Virus record (IMG/VR): IMGVR_UViG_3300036958_000084
Strand: one strand, 5' to 3'
Origin: an uncultured virus (IMG/VR IMGVR_UViG_3300036958_000084)
Taxonomy: Duplodnaviria; Heunggongvirae; Uroviricota; Caudoviricetes
DNA: 64,000 nt
The position numbers were made by a program, and so were the translations under genes. The notes below the pieces were generated by a model. It made no database searches. It was not told where the DNA came from and was given only the letters and a program-made list of their open reading frames with translations. This document shows positions 48,824 to 57,425 of this stretch, one piece after another (position 1 is the first letter of the stretch; each line of letters starts with the position of its first letter).

Positions 48824-51772
48824 ATGTCAAAATGGAGAAACTATTGTAATCAAATTCTGAATTCTCTTGACAATGACTCTTTTTACTCGAGCACATTAGA
48901 CGCCCTTGGTCTTAAGTATAGCCGCAGAGGCCTTGAGATTAAGGGCATGTGCCCTTTTTCTCACAAGCATCCGAATGGTAAAGATGCAATTCCATCATTC
49001 ACAGCAAATATTGGTACAGGCGTTTATTTCTGCAACAGCTGCGGCTCAAAAGGTAATGCGCATACATTTGTGATGGAGACTAAAGGCTTAAGCAGACAGG
49101 ATGCTTGGTATTATTTAGGAGATGCATTAGGCCTCGAAAGACCAACAGCTATAGATAATAGACCGGATATAGATCCAGCATTAGTAGCACAATGGCATAA
49201 GGCCCTCATGGAAAGTAATGCACCAATCAGAGAATACCTACGTAAGCAGCGTGGAATAACTGATGAGACCCTTAAGAAGTATCATATAGGCTTCGATGGT
49301 GATCGCGTTACGCTGCCAATATACAACGAATTTAATGAGCTCGTTAACATTCGTAGATATAAGTGGAATTCGTATGAAGGTGCTACAAAGATGATTAACT
49401 ATGAAGACGAGCAGGGTAATACATACGGCGAAGTTCGTCTTTATGGTGTAGAAAATCTCATAGATGAAGAGCCAGAGAGCGTAATGCTATCTGAGGGAGA
49501 ATGGGATAGACTCATTGCAGAACAGAATGAAATTCCGGCAGTAACATCAACAGGTGGTGCTGGCAACTTTAATCAGGAATTCTTTGACTTCTTTAGGAAG
49601 AAAAAGTATGTTTACATCTGTTATGATAATGATGAAGCTGGTAGATTAGCAACTTCATATTTCTTGGAGAATGCTCCGTCTGGGCCAATATACTATGTAA
49701 TTAGTTGGCCAAAAGAATTACCTGCCAAGTCTGATATAACTGATGCATTCGTGACATACGGCTACACGAAAGAGTCATTCCTTAAGTTGTTCAGTCCATA
49801 CAAAAAGCAAGAGGCACCGTTAGTAGATCTACTATCTGCTACTGATGCTAAATATGTAGGCAAAAGAATTAAAGTCAATGGTCTGCTCGCCGGTAAAGCA
49901 ACAGTGCCATTTATATATCCAAAGCTACTAACATGCAAATGTGGCGTAGTTGCTGAAGGTGGTGAAGCTGAATTAAAGTCTTGTGCTGGATGCATGTATG
50001 CCGGTGGTGCTCAGAGACAGTTTAGATTGACTCCAAAGACAAACGGAATATTAGGGTTAATTGATTGCTCTGAGAAAGAGTATGGAGCAGCTTTGAGATC
50101 ATTATGCGGGGTACCTCCTCGCTGCAATAATGCAAGAATAGAAGTTCTTGAGCGTGGTAATGTAGAAGCTATAAGGCTTGTACCACGAGCTGAACTTGAC
50201 TACACAAAGCACAAGATAACAGAGTTCTGTAGCAGAGACTGCTTTGTATTAACGTCTGATATTCCAGCAAATAAAAAGTACACATTAGTAGGTTACCTAC
50301 ATCCTCACCCGAGGACCCAGCAGGCTACATTCATATTTGATGAGGTCATACCTGAAAAGGCTGTGTCTGAAGAAAATATTGATGATGATGCTGTAGCAGA
50401 TACTTTGAAGATATTTCAGCCAGCAGAAGGCGAGAATATCAGAGAAAAGCTTGATGACATCTATAGTGACCTGGAACGTAATGTGACTTATGTTTGGGGC
50501 AGACGTAATGTTATGATGGCTACTGACTTGGTATTCAACTCAGTATTAAACTTTTACTTCCAAGGACAGTTTATTAAGCGTGGCTGGTGCGAAACACTTA
50601 TAATTGGTGACTCCGGTCAGGCTAAGACCACAGCAGTAGAACGTTTAGTAACGCACTACAAATGCGGTGAAATTATATCAGGTGAGTCTGCAAAGCGTAC
50701 CGGCTTACTGTATTCAATACAGCAGCAAGGAAATGCGTGGACACTTATCTGGGGTGCAATGCCACTCAATGATGGTGGTCTACTGGTCATTGATGAGTTC
50801 TCAGGTATCTCTGAGGAAGATTTATCAAAGATGTCTGATACACGTAGTTCTGGTATATGTAAAGTAGCTGGTGTAGTCACTGGTGAAACTACTGCAAGAA
50901 CTCGTTTAATCATGATTTCAAATCCGCGCTCTGGACGTCAGTTAAAGTCAGAAACTTTTGGTGTCAATGCAATACTTAAACTTATGGGCAAAGCAGAAGA
51001 TGTTAGACGTCTTGACTTTGCTGTAGGTGTTGCCTCAGGTGAAGTTGGACAAGATGTTATCAACAGAAGCATCTTGGATATGCCTGATGTACCACATAAG
51101 TATACATCAGAGGCTTGCTCACTTAGAACATTGTGGGCATGGTCTAGACAGCCAGATCAGATCAAATTCACAAACGAAGCTATGAAGAAAATTCTTGAGA
51201 GTGCAATAGCACTTGGTTCACAGTTCTCAAGCAAGATACCATTAGTAGAACCTGCAGACCAGCGTATTAAATTAGCAAGAATGTCTACTGCGTTAGCTTG
51301 TATGCTGTATAGCACTGATGATGGTCATCATGTTATCATAAAGCCAGAACATGTCGAGTTCATAGTAGAATATCTAAAGGACATCTACTGTAGTGATGCT
51401 CTGAGATATGATAAGTTCTCAGCTGAAGATTTTGAGAACTCTGACTCATCTGACGCTACTATTAAGCAGCTCCGCTCTGAGTTCTTAGGACTGGTAATCA
51501 CAGACAGAACTGTTCAGGAGGTAGTAACCGCATTGTATCGTCTTCCATTTATGGACAGACATTCACTTGAGGATGCTACTGGTCTTGGTAGTGACGAGCT
51601 CAGAAGCTTAATGCACTTCATAGTTGCAAAGTCATTAGTAGAAAAGAGTGGCAGCGGCTACAGAAGAACCCCACTCGGAACAATGTTTATTGAGCATATG
51701 CTTATGCATCCAGCCTCTGAAGAGGAACGCAGAGAGTGTCTTGCTAATAAGCATAAACATCAAGAAATATAG
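48824..51772 (+). CDS. CHC2 zinc finger/TOPRIM primase fused to an MCM-type AAA+ helicase
   Basis: CPF..H...CNSCG; EGEWD, YDNDEAG; GDSGQAKT, GAMPLNDGGLLVIDEF, ARTRLIMISNP, RRLD. Confidence 0.9.
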   Translation: MSKWRNYCNQILNSLDNDSFYSSTLDALGLKYSRRGLEIKGMCPFSHKHPNGKDAIPSFTANIGTGVYFCNSCGSKGNAHTFVMETKGLSRQDAWYYLGDALGLERPTAIDNRPDIDPALVAQWHKALMESNAPIREYLRKQRGITDETLKKYHIGFDGDRVTLPIYNEFNELVNIRRYKWNSYEGATKMINYEDEQGNTYGEVRLYGVENLIDEEPESVMLSEGEWDRLIAEQNEIPAVTSTGGAGNFNQEFFDFFRKKKYVYICYDNDEAGRLATSYFLENAPSGPIYYVISWPKELPAKSDITDAFVTYGYTKESFLKLFSPYKKQEAPLVDLLSATDAKYVGKRIKVNGLLAGKATVPFIYPKLLTCKCGVVAEGGEAELKSCAGCMYAGGAQRQFRLTPKTNGILGLIDCSEKEYGAALRSLCGVPPRCNNARIEVLERGNVEAIRLVPRAELDYTKHKITEFCSRDCFVLTSDIPANKKYTLVGYLHPHPRTQQATFIFDEVIPEKAVSEENIDDDAVADTLKIFQPAEGENIREKLDDIYSDLERNVTYVWGRRNVMMATDLVFNSVLNFYFQGQFIKRGWCETLIIGDSGQAKTTAVERLVTHYKCGEIISGESAKRTGLLYSIQQQGNAWTLIWGAMPLNDGGLLVIDEFSGISEEDLSKMSDTRSSGICKVAGVVTGETTARTRLIMISNPRSGRQLKSETFGVNAILKLMGKAEDVRRLDFAVGVASGEVGQDVINRSILDMPDVPHKYTSEACSLRTLWAWSRQPDQIKFTNEAMKKILESAIALGSQFSSKIPLVEPADQRIKLARMSTALACMLYSTDDGHHVIIKPEHVEFIVEYLKDIYCSDALRYDKFSAEDFENSDSSDATIKQLRSEFLGLVITDRTVQEVVTALYRLPFMDRHSLEDATGLGSDELRSLMHFIVAKSLVEKSGSGYRRTPLGTMFIEHMLMHPASEEERRECLANKHKHQEI

Positions 51773-51782
51773 GAGGTCCAAC

Positions 51783-52034
51783 ATGGGCATAGAAATTATC
51801 TTTGGCATTGCAGATCCAGTATCGCAGACAATTGAGCAGTGCCCAAACCTTACAATAAAGCCAGAAGATGGCATCACAATTCCACCTTCATTAGGTGACT
51901 ACATGCAGATCAATAAGAAGCTCTACGAAGTAGTACAGCGTGGATACTACATTACAATAGACCCAAAGACTAATGAAAAGTCTGTGACATATCACGTAGG
52001 GCTTATGCCAAGAGGTGAGAATAATGCAGAGTAA
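51783..52034 (+). CDS. hypothetical protein
   Basis: AGGAGGT SD; IPPSLGD...YEVVQR. Confidence 0.7.
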   Translation: MGIEIIFGIADPVSQTIEQCPNLTIKPEDGITIPPSLGDYMQINKKLYEVVQRGYYITIDPKTNEKSVTYHVGLMPRGENNAE

Positions 52035-53079
52035 AGAAGAACTTTTGGAGCTACTGTGTGAGGCAAGACCTGATGCTTCATCTGAAGAGTACTCTGCATG
52101 GATAAGTGTGCTTGTACAGCTAAAGGGTTGTCATGTGCATTCATTAGCAGCTCAGGGTATTGATGATGCCGGTTGGCATGCAGCAAGAGCCAAAGGCATA
52201 GGTGGTTCTGAGATAGCCGCTATCTTAGGTAAGTCTACATGGTCGAGTCCGTATGACATCTATATCAAAAAGGTGCCGCAGTTTGCAAATGAAGATGCTG
52301 CACCACAGTCTGAGGCTGCTCGTTGGGGAAATGTTCTTGAAGACTCAATCTTAAAGGAATGGGCACATAGAACTGGTAGAATTTACATTCATCTTCCAGT
52401 GTCTCTGCAGAGCGATGACAATCCAATATTCATCGCAAATGTAGACGGCTTTGAGCTTGCTGAAGATGGTACAGTAATTGGTATTCTTGAGTGTAAGACG
52501 ACAAGTACATATAATAAAGAAGCTTGGGAGTCTGGTGAAATCCCAATATACTATATGTATCAGATACAGTGGTATATGATGATAACTGGTCTTCCTACGG
52601 CATGCATCATGTGTTTGGTAGGTGGACAGAAGTTCTACTACTATGACATACCAGCACTTGAGGCTGTGGCAAAAGAAGAGCGTGAGGGTGCAGTAGACTT
52701 CTGGGAAAATCATGTAGTTCCACAGATAGCACCTGAGCTTACTGACGTTGATGCAGATAGGCTTGTAGAGGCTAAAGTTGAAGATAAAGAAGTATCAGAG
52801 CCCGTAATAACTGAGGATAGTGATACTATCTTAAATCTTGAAAACTACATAGCAATCCGTGAGCAGATATCCGCGTTGGAAAAGCTGAAGAAAGTATGCT
52901 ATGCAAAGATACTCGAAAAGCTTGGAACAGCTGATGAGATGATTGCAGGTAGCTATGCAGTCAAGTGCTCATATCAAACACGTAAAACATGTGACTTCGA
53001 ACTACTGGCAGCAAAATATCCTGAGGTATATGCAGAAGTAGTTGAAAGCAAAACCAGCATGAGATTAAATGTAAAGTGA
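52024..53079 (+). CDS. YqaJ-like recombination exonuclease
   Basis: GIGGSEIAAILG, WGNVLE, ANVDG, LECKT, QIQWYM. Confidence 0.92.
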   Translation: MQSKEELLELLCEARPDASSEEYSAWISVLVQLKGCHVHSLAAQGIDDAGWHAARAKGIGGSEIAAILGKSTWSSPYDIYIKKVPQFANEDAAPQSEAARWGNVLEDSILKEWAHRTGRIYIHLPVSLQSDDNPIFIANVDGFELAEDGTVIGILECKTTSTYNKEAWESGEIPIYYMYQIQWYMMITGLPTACIMCLVGGQKFYYYDIPALEAVAKEEREGAVDFWENHVVPQIAPELTDVDADRLVEAKVEDKEVSEPVITEDSDTILNLENYIAIREQISALEKLKKVCYAKILEKLGTADEMIAGSYAVKCSYQTRKTCDFELLAAKYPEVYAEVVESKTSMRLNVK

Positions 53080-53088
53080 GGTAACAGT

Positions 53089-53478
53089 ATGGAACAGTAC
53101 GATATGCTTGCAGACTTATTTGCAAGACAGAAAGCGGCACAGGAAGCTCGTGGTTATCAGTTTCCTATGGAAGGACAGAATGCAGCAGACTATATCAAGT
53201 CGCATACACTACACTGCGTAGATGAACTTATGGAAATGCTTCATGAAGTTAAGGGCTACAAGGAGTGGAAGGTCTACGACTTTGACGACACTATAGATAA
53301 TAAAGTGCAGCGTACAAAGGCAAAGGAAGAATTAGTAGATGCAGTTCACTTCCTGATAAATGTAGCACTTGCACTGAATATCTCAGCTGCTGACCTATAT
53401 CTTGCATACAAGAACAAAGAGCAGATAAACTACAATCGTCTGAAGGACACAAGAAACTACAAGAAAGATACAGAATAG
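53089..53478 (+). CDS. dimeric all-alpha dUTPase / NTP pyrophosphatase
   Basis: DELME, KEWK, EELVDAVHF, KNKEQINYNR. Confidence 0.82.
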   Translation: MEQYDMLADLFARQKAAQEARGYQFPMEGQNAADYIKSHTLHCVDELMEMLHEVKGYKEWKVYDFDDTIDNKVQRTKAKEELVDAVHFLINVALALNISAADLYLAYKNKEQINYNRLKDTRNYKKDTE

Positions 53479-53486
53479 GAGTTAAT

Positions 53487-53789
53487 ATGGAGCATTCAAA
53501 TATAACACTAACTCCTATTGCAGAGAGCATGAATAATCATGTTGACGTCCTGAAGAAAGCTTCGGATAGTTTAATTAAAGTGTCCAAGCTTTCTAATGCG
53601 GGATGCATACAAGTAGATATAGATGCTGATCTTGAAACTATAGGAACTGCCTACTATCTACTGAAGACATATTATTCTAATGCACTTCGTGCAAACAAGA
53701 TACCAGAGGCTGATGAAATGATAAGAAAGCATGTCACTGAATATATGGAAGGCGGCAGGCAAGGCATTAAGCTTATAAGAAAGGGATGA
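53487..53789 (+). CDS. hypothetical protein
   Basis: AGGAG SD; within the operon. Confidence 0.7.
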   Translation: MEHSNITLTPIAESMNNHVDVLKKASDSLIKVSKLSNAGCIQVDIDADLETIGTAYYLLKTYYSNALRANKIPEADEMIRKHVTEYMEGGRQGIKLIRKG

Positions 53790-53793
53790 TACT

Positions 53794-54645
53794 ATGGACA
53801 AGATAGAAGTTAAAGTGTGGAGGCCAGAGACCTACAAGAGTAGAGACTTAATGGTTGGTGCAGCAAGACTCACACAGCGTGCTGAAAAGATTACTAACAT
53901 GCAGGACCTCGAAGCTCTGCTGGATAAGTCAGTTAAGCCTGAGACTGTGAGAAACATGACTCTGCTGCCACACAATAATATCAGATGCTTTGGCACTATC
54001 ACATTATTGATAGTAGGTGCATCACGCAGGTTCTTGGCACAGGTAACAAGAAGACGTATTGGTGTGACATTCTGCTCTGGTTCTCTTCAGTATTCTGACT
54101 GGGGTGACGACCATGACTTTGTTATTCCATACGAGATACTCAAGAAGGACTACGAAAGATACGGCTTTGCAGACCTGGAAAGTGGCTACTACTCAAGAAA
54201 CTTCTGTAGGACATGTGAAGATGCAATGTTCGATTATAAGAAGATGACTGATGACATCGGCTTAGACCGTGACACGGCTGGATATGTAGCTCCACAGGCT
54301 CTACGTAATGTGCTCATCATTGATGCATCACCGCAGGCCTGGATTGAAATGATCCGTCAGAGAATATGTAAGCGCAACACTGATGAGACCAGATATGTTC
54401 TACTGAAGTGTTGGGAGGCTCTGTATGAGTTAGATCCAATTATGTTCTCACCAAATGTATGCTTACCAAAGTGTGCAACAGAACTTCATTGTCCTGAAGA
54501 GAACATGTGCTGTGGAAATCCTTACTCATTAGAGAAAGAAGAGACAGTAACACCAACACTGTATATTAATGAGCAGTTCCCGGCTATTAAGTTTTTACAG
54601 GATTTACGTAAGGAGGAGGATAAAGAATATGGCCTGGACAGGTAG
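53794..54645 (+). CDS. thyX: FAD-dependent thymidylate synthase (divergent)
   Basis: GASRRFLAQVTRRRIG...SLQYSD, AGYVAPQ, RICKR..DETR. Confidence 0.8.
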   Translation: MDKIEVKVWRPETYKSRDLMVGAARLTQRAEKITNMQDLEALLDKSVKPETVRNMTLLPHNNIRCFGTITLLIVGASRRFLAQVTRRRIGVTFCSGSLQYSDWGDDHDFVIPYEILKKDYERYGFADLESGYYSRNFCRTCEDAMFDYKKMTDDIGLDRDTAGYVAPQALRNVLIIDASPQAWIEMIRQRICKRNTDETRYVLLKCWEALYELDPIMFSPNVCLPKCATELHCPEENMCCGNPYSLEKEETVTPTLYINEQFPAIKFLQDLRKEEDKEYGLDR

Positions 54646-54898
54646 TGCAACTATAGAAGAGAAAAGGACAGTGCTACATGCAATAACCAAACTGTATCAT
54701 GCAGAGCACATAAGTGCAATGTCATATAAACAGATTGCGTCAGCATGTGAGCCTGAACTCAAAGAAACTGCTGTAAGATGGATTGTACCTTTACTGGTAG
54801 AAGAAGGCTACATAGAAAGACTGTCTGTAGGTGACGGTAAAGTGCCAAGATATTTCTATGTACCTCAGCCAGCAGCGGAGGACCTACTCAATGAATGA
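54629..54898 (+). CDS. winged-helix DNA-binding protein
   Basis: MSYKQIA...AVRWIVPLLVEEGYIER...PRYFYV. Confidence 0.6.
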   Translation: MAWTGSATIEEKRTVLHAITKLYHAEHISAMSYKQIASACEPELKETAVRWIVPLLVEEGYIERLSVGDGKVPRYFYVPQPAAEDLLNE

Positions 54899-55178
54899 AT
54901 TTGATAAACACTTTGACTTAGCCAAATGCAATAAACTGCATAGAGACTTAGTCAGAGATGAAGTCAATGGCATGTCATTATATGACTTGCTTGAAAGAAT
55001 TAACAACGGAATGGCGAGTGGTGCACGGTGTGTAATTGAAGCGGTGACCTACAGACCCTACTCATGCCGCTCACTTAGCTGTCGTGAATGTATTGCTCAG
55101 TGGCTTAATAAGGAAGCCACTGAGCTTCCTAAGGAGGTTGACTATACTTATGAGAGTATGCCTAGTAGAAGGACCTGA
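54891..55178 (+). CDS. hypothetical protein
   Basis: GGAGG SD; C...CRECIAQWLN motif. Confidence 0.7.
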   Translation: MNEFDKHFDLAKCNKLHRDLVRDEVNGMSLYDLLERINNGMASGARCVIEAVTYRPYSCRSLSCRECIAQWLNKEATELPKEVDYTYESMPSRRT

Positions 55179-55638
55179 TGGTGTAGGTAAGACTACATTC
55201 ATCAACATGTTATTACAGTTAAATCCGGGTGCAATCGTTAAGCACTTTACATACGAGGATGTTAAGCAGACCCCTGACCCAGTATTAAGATACTCTAATT
55301 ATCTACGGAATGTAAACTTAGAGGAGGGTGACAATGCAGTAGTTATCTTTGATAGAGGCTGGTATTCAGATGCTATCTACGGTTCAGTACTTAGAGGCAA
55401 GTCTGATGCATCCCCTGAAGAGATAGATGCAATCGAAAGAATATGCAAGGGCTATGGCGAGTTTGTACTATTTATGATAACTGCACCAGTAGAAACTGCA
55501 TGGAAGCGCTGCAAGGCTCGTGGCGAAGAGCTAATCACAGATAAAGATGTATTCAAAAAGATCTGTGCAGCATACAGTGTATCACTACCGAAGATACGTG
55601 CAGTATCGCCCGGTATAGTGTACGAGGTGAGGACTTAA
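55150..55638 (+). CDS. thymidylate/dNMP kinase
   Basis: P-loop EGPDGVGKTT, FDRGWYSD.IYG, lid RCKARG. Confidence 0.87.
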   Translation: MRVCLVEGPDGVGKTTFINMLLQLNPGAIVKHFTYEDVKQTPDPVLRYSNYLRNVNLEEGDNAVVIFDRGWYSDAIYGSVLRGKSDASPEEIDAIERICKGYGEFVLFMITAPVETAWKRCKARGEELITDKDVFKKICAAYSVSLPKIRAVSPGIVYEVRT

Positions 55639-56564
55639 TGTTCAACAATCGTCGTACAGCTGCAAACTATCTACGGCGCCGTGACCTGGAATGGTATGAG
55701 GGTTATGCAGCCTCAAATGTAGATGTATGGCTAACAGCATATGAACCGATTGAAGAATACTTTAAAGGAAGGATGGCATCAGCACCACTTAACTGGGAGG
55801 ACATTGACCTGGAGTGGTATAAGGGCTATCCAATATTGGTAAAGAAAACCTGTGACAGATGCCAGAAGAAAATAACACCACCTGGTCAACGGCTACTTAA
55901 ACCGCTTGTAAATAAGAAAGCCCCTGACTTTCAGCCGATGTTCTTAGAGTCATGTCAGTGTCACGATTGTATTAACTGCACAATAGTAGATCAATACATG
56001 TATGATACTTATGACAAAAATAATCTGCCGAACTGGCATGAGGCTAGACAAGTGTTCAGTACATTTGGTGGAGAGTATGAAAAGGCATGGCGTATTGTAC
56101 TTGCAAATGCACCGAAGATTATAATGACTGAAGAAGAATGGGAGCATAGAGTAAACTTCTTTGGAGGCTGTGCATTCTGCGGTAGACCTATTGAGGTACG
56201 TGGATACTTCTTCCCACGCCGGTTGAATGGTGACTTCACCCCGTGGAATGTAATCCCGTTATGTGGTGAGTGCTTAAACAATCACTACAGAGGCAGGAAT
56301 ACAGTGGTAGGTGCTACTCATAGATACCGCGTGTTCTCTAACCCACAGCTATTCACCAAGTACAAAACAATACGAATGTATCTGCTGTCTCAAATGGCTG
56401 AGCATGGCATATGGATGGAGCCATTGATACCACATATGAAAAGGTTCCTTGAGACCAGGACTCTTAAGGGTAGTCGTATGGATGGTATTTCTGGTACTCC
56501 GTCACAGGTAGCAACACAATTAGCAAATAAGGAGGAAAACAATGGATCAGAGTCAGAACCATGA
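55638..56564 (+). CDS. zinc-finger protein with a degenerate HNH-like domain
   Basis: EEEW...FFGGCAFCG...NVIPLCGEC, lacking the DH motif. Confidence 0.6.
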   Translation: MFNNRRTAANYLRRRDLEWYEGYAASNVDVWLTAYEPIEEYFKGRMASAPLNWEDIDLEWYKGYPILVKKTCDRCQKKITPPGQRLLKPLVNKKAPDFQPMFLESCQCHDCINCTIVDQYMYDTYDKNNLPNWHEARQVFSTFGGEYEKAWRIVLANAPKIIMTEEEWEHRVNFFGGCAFCGRPIEVRGYFFPRRLNGDFTPWNVIPLCGECLNNHYRGRNTVVGATHRYRVFSNPQLFTKYKTIRMYLLSQMAEHGIWMEPLIPHMKRFLETRTLKGSRMDGISGTPSQVATQLANKEENNGSESEP

Positions 56565-56835
56565 GGCCATAATGACTGTTAGACTGCAGGCTATTAAAAG
56601 TGCATTTAAAGAAGATGCTGCATATATAACACGTACTGCAAGCATGATAGGTTGCTCAGTAGATACTCTGTACAAAGCACTTGTAGTACAGCAGGATGAG
56701 CCTATGACTATGTACATGTTCAATGAGCTACTTCACAATGGTCATACTCCTGAACAACTTGATAATATTCTAACTACATGTATCAAAGATAACACACCAC
56801 AGCCATTGGCAATGGCATTTTATGAAATGAGGTAA
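56542..56835 (+). CDS. hypothetical protein
   Basis: AAGGAGG SD. Confidence 0.7.
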   Translation: MDQSQNHEAIMTVRLQAIKSAFKEDAAYITRTASMIGCSVDTLYKALVVQQDEPMTMYMFNELLHNGHTPEQLDNILTTCIKDNTPQPLAMAFYEMR

Positions 56836-56837
56836 AC

Positions 56838-57323
56838 ATGCAGATCAAAAATGTTCCTGAACCACGCTTGAAAGTCTTCATAAACTTTTTGTGTGAGTTG
56901 GCTCTACTGGGCAAATGTACTGATAAGAAGAACGCTGCAATATTATGTGATGAGCGTATGTCTCAAATATACTCTATTGGACTAAACGGTGGTCCAAAGC
57001 ATGGAGTAGATTGTTTATGCAGCTTAGGACTTAGGTACACGTGTATTCACGCAGAAGCACAGGCTTTAATGAAAGCTCCAGCACCTAGTAGTTTAAGTGA
57101 GTCATGGCGGATGATGTTATGTACGATGAGCCCATGCGTTACATGTGCATCATTAATGATTAACTATGGCATTCATAAGGTAGTGTACGTAGTTGACTAC
57201 AAAAATGATGACGGCATAAAGCTACTAATCGATGCAGGCTGTGAAGTATTCAAGTACGTGGATGAAACTACACTGATAAATAAGAATGCAGAGTATGCAG
57301 CGCAGCGCAATGCTCTAATATGA
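56838..57323 (+). CDS. dCMP deaminase
   Basis: IGLNG.P, IHAE, SPCVTC, GI.KVVY. Confidence 0.9.
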   Translation: MQIKNVPEPRLKVFINFLCELALLGKCTDKKNAAILCDERMSQIYSIGLNGGPKHGVDCLCSLGLRYTCIHAEAQALMKAPAPSSLSESWRMMLCTMSPCVTCASLMINYGIHKVVYVVDYKNDDGIKLLIDAGCEVFKYVDETTLINKNAEYAAQRNALI

Positions 57324-57328
57324 GATGC

Positions 57329-57359
57329 GGTTTTTTATAGTGTAGAAATATGGTATAAT
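57329..57359 (+). promoter_or_regulatory. conserved 31-bp promoter, copy 3
   Basis: GGTTTTTTATAGTG-tagaaatatgg-TATAAT. Confidence 0.85.
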
Positions 57360-57425
57360 AATAATGTAAGTAATGGGGCAGCTAATAATTGACTGACTGC
57401 CCCAACTTAGAAGGAGGTAAATATT

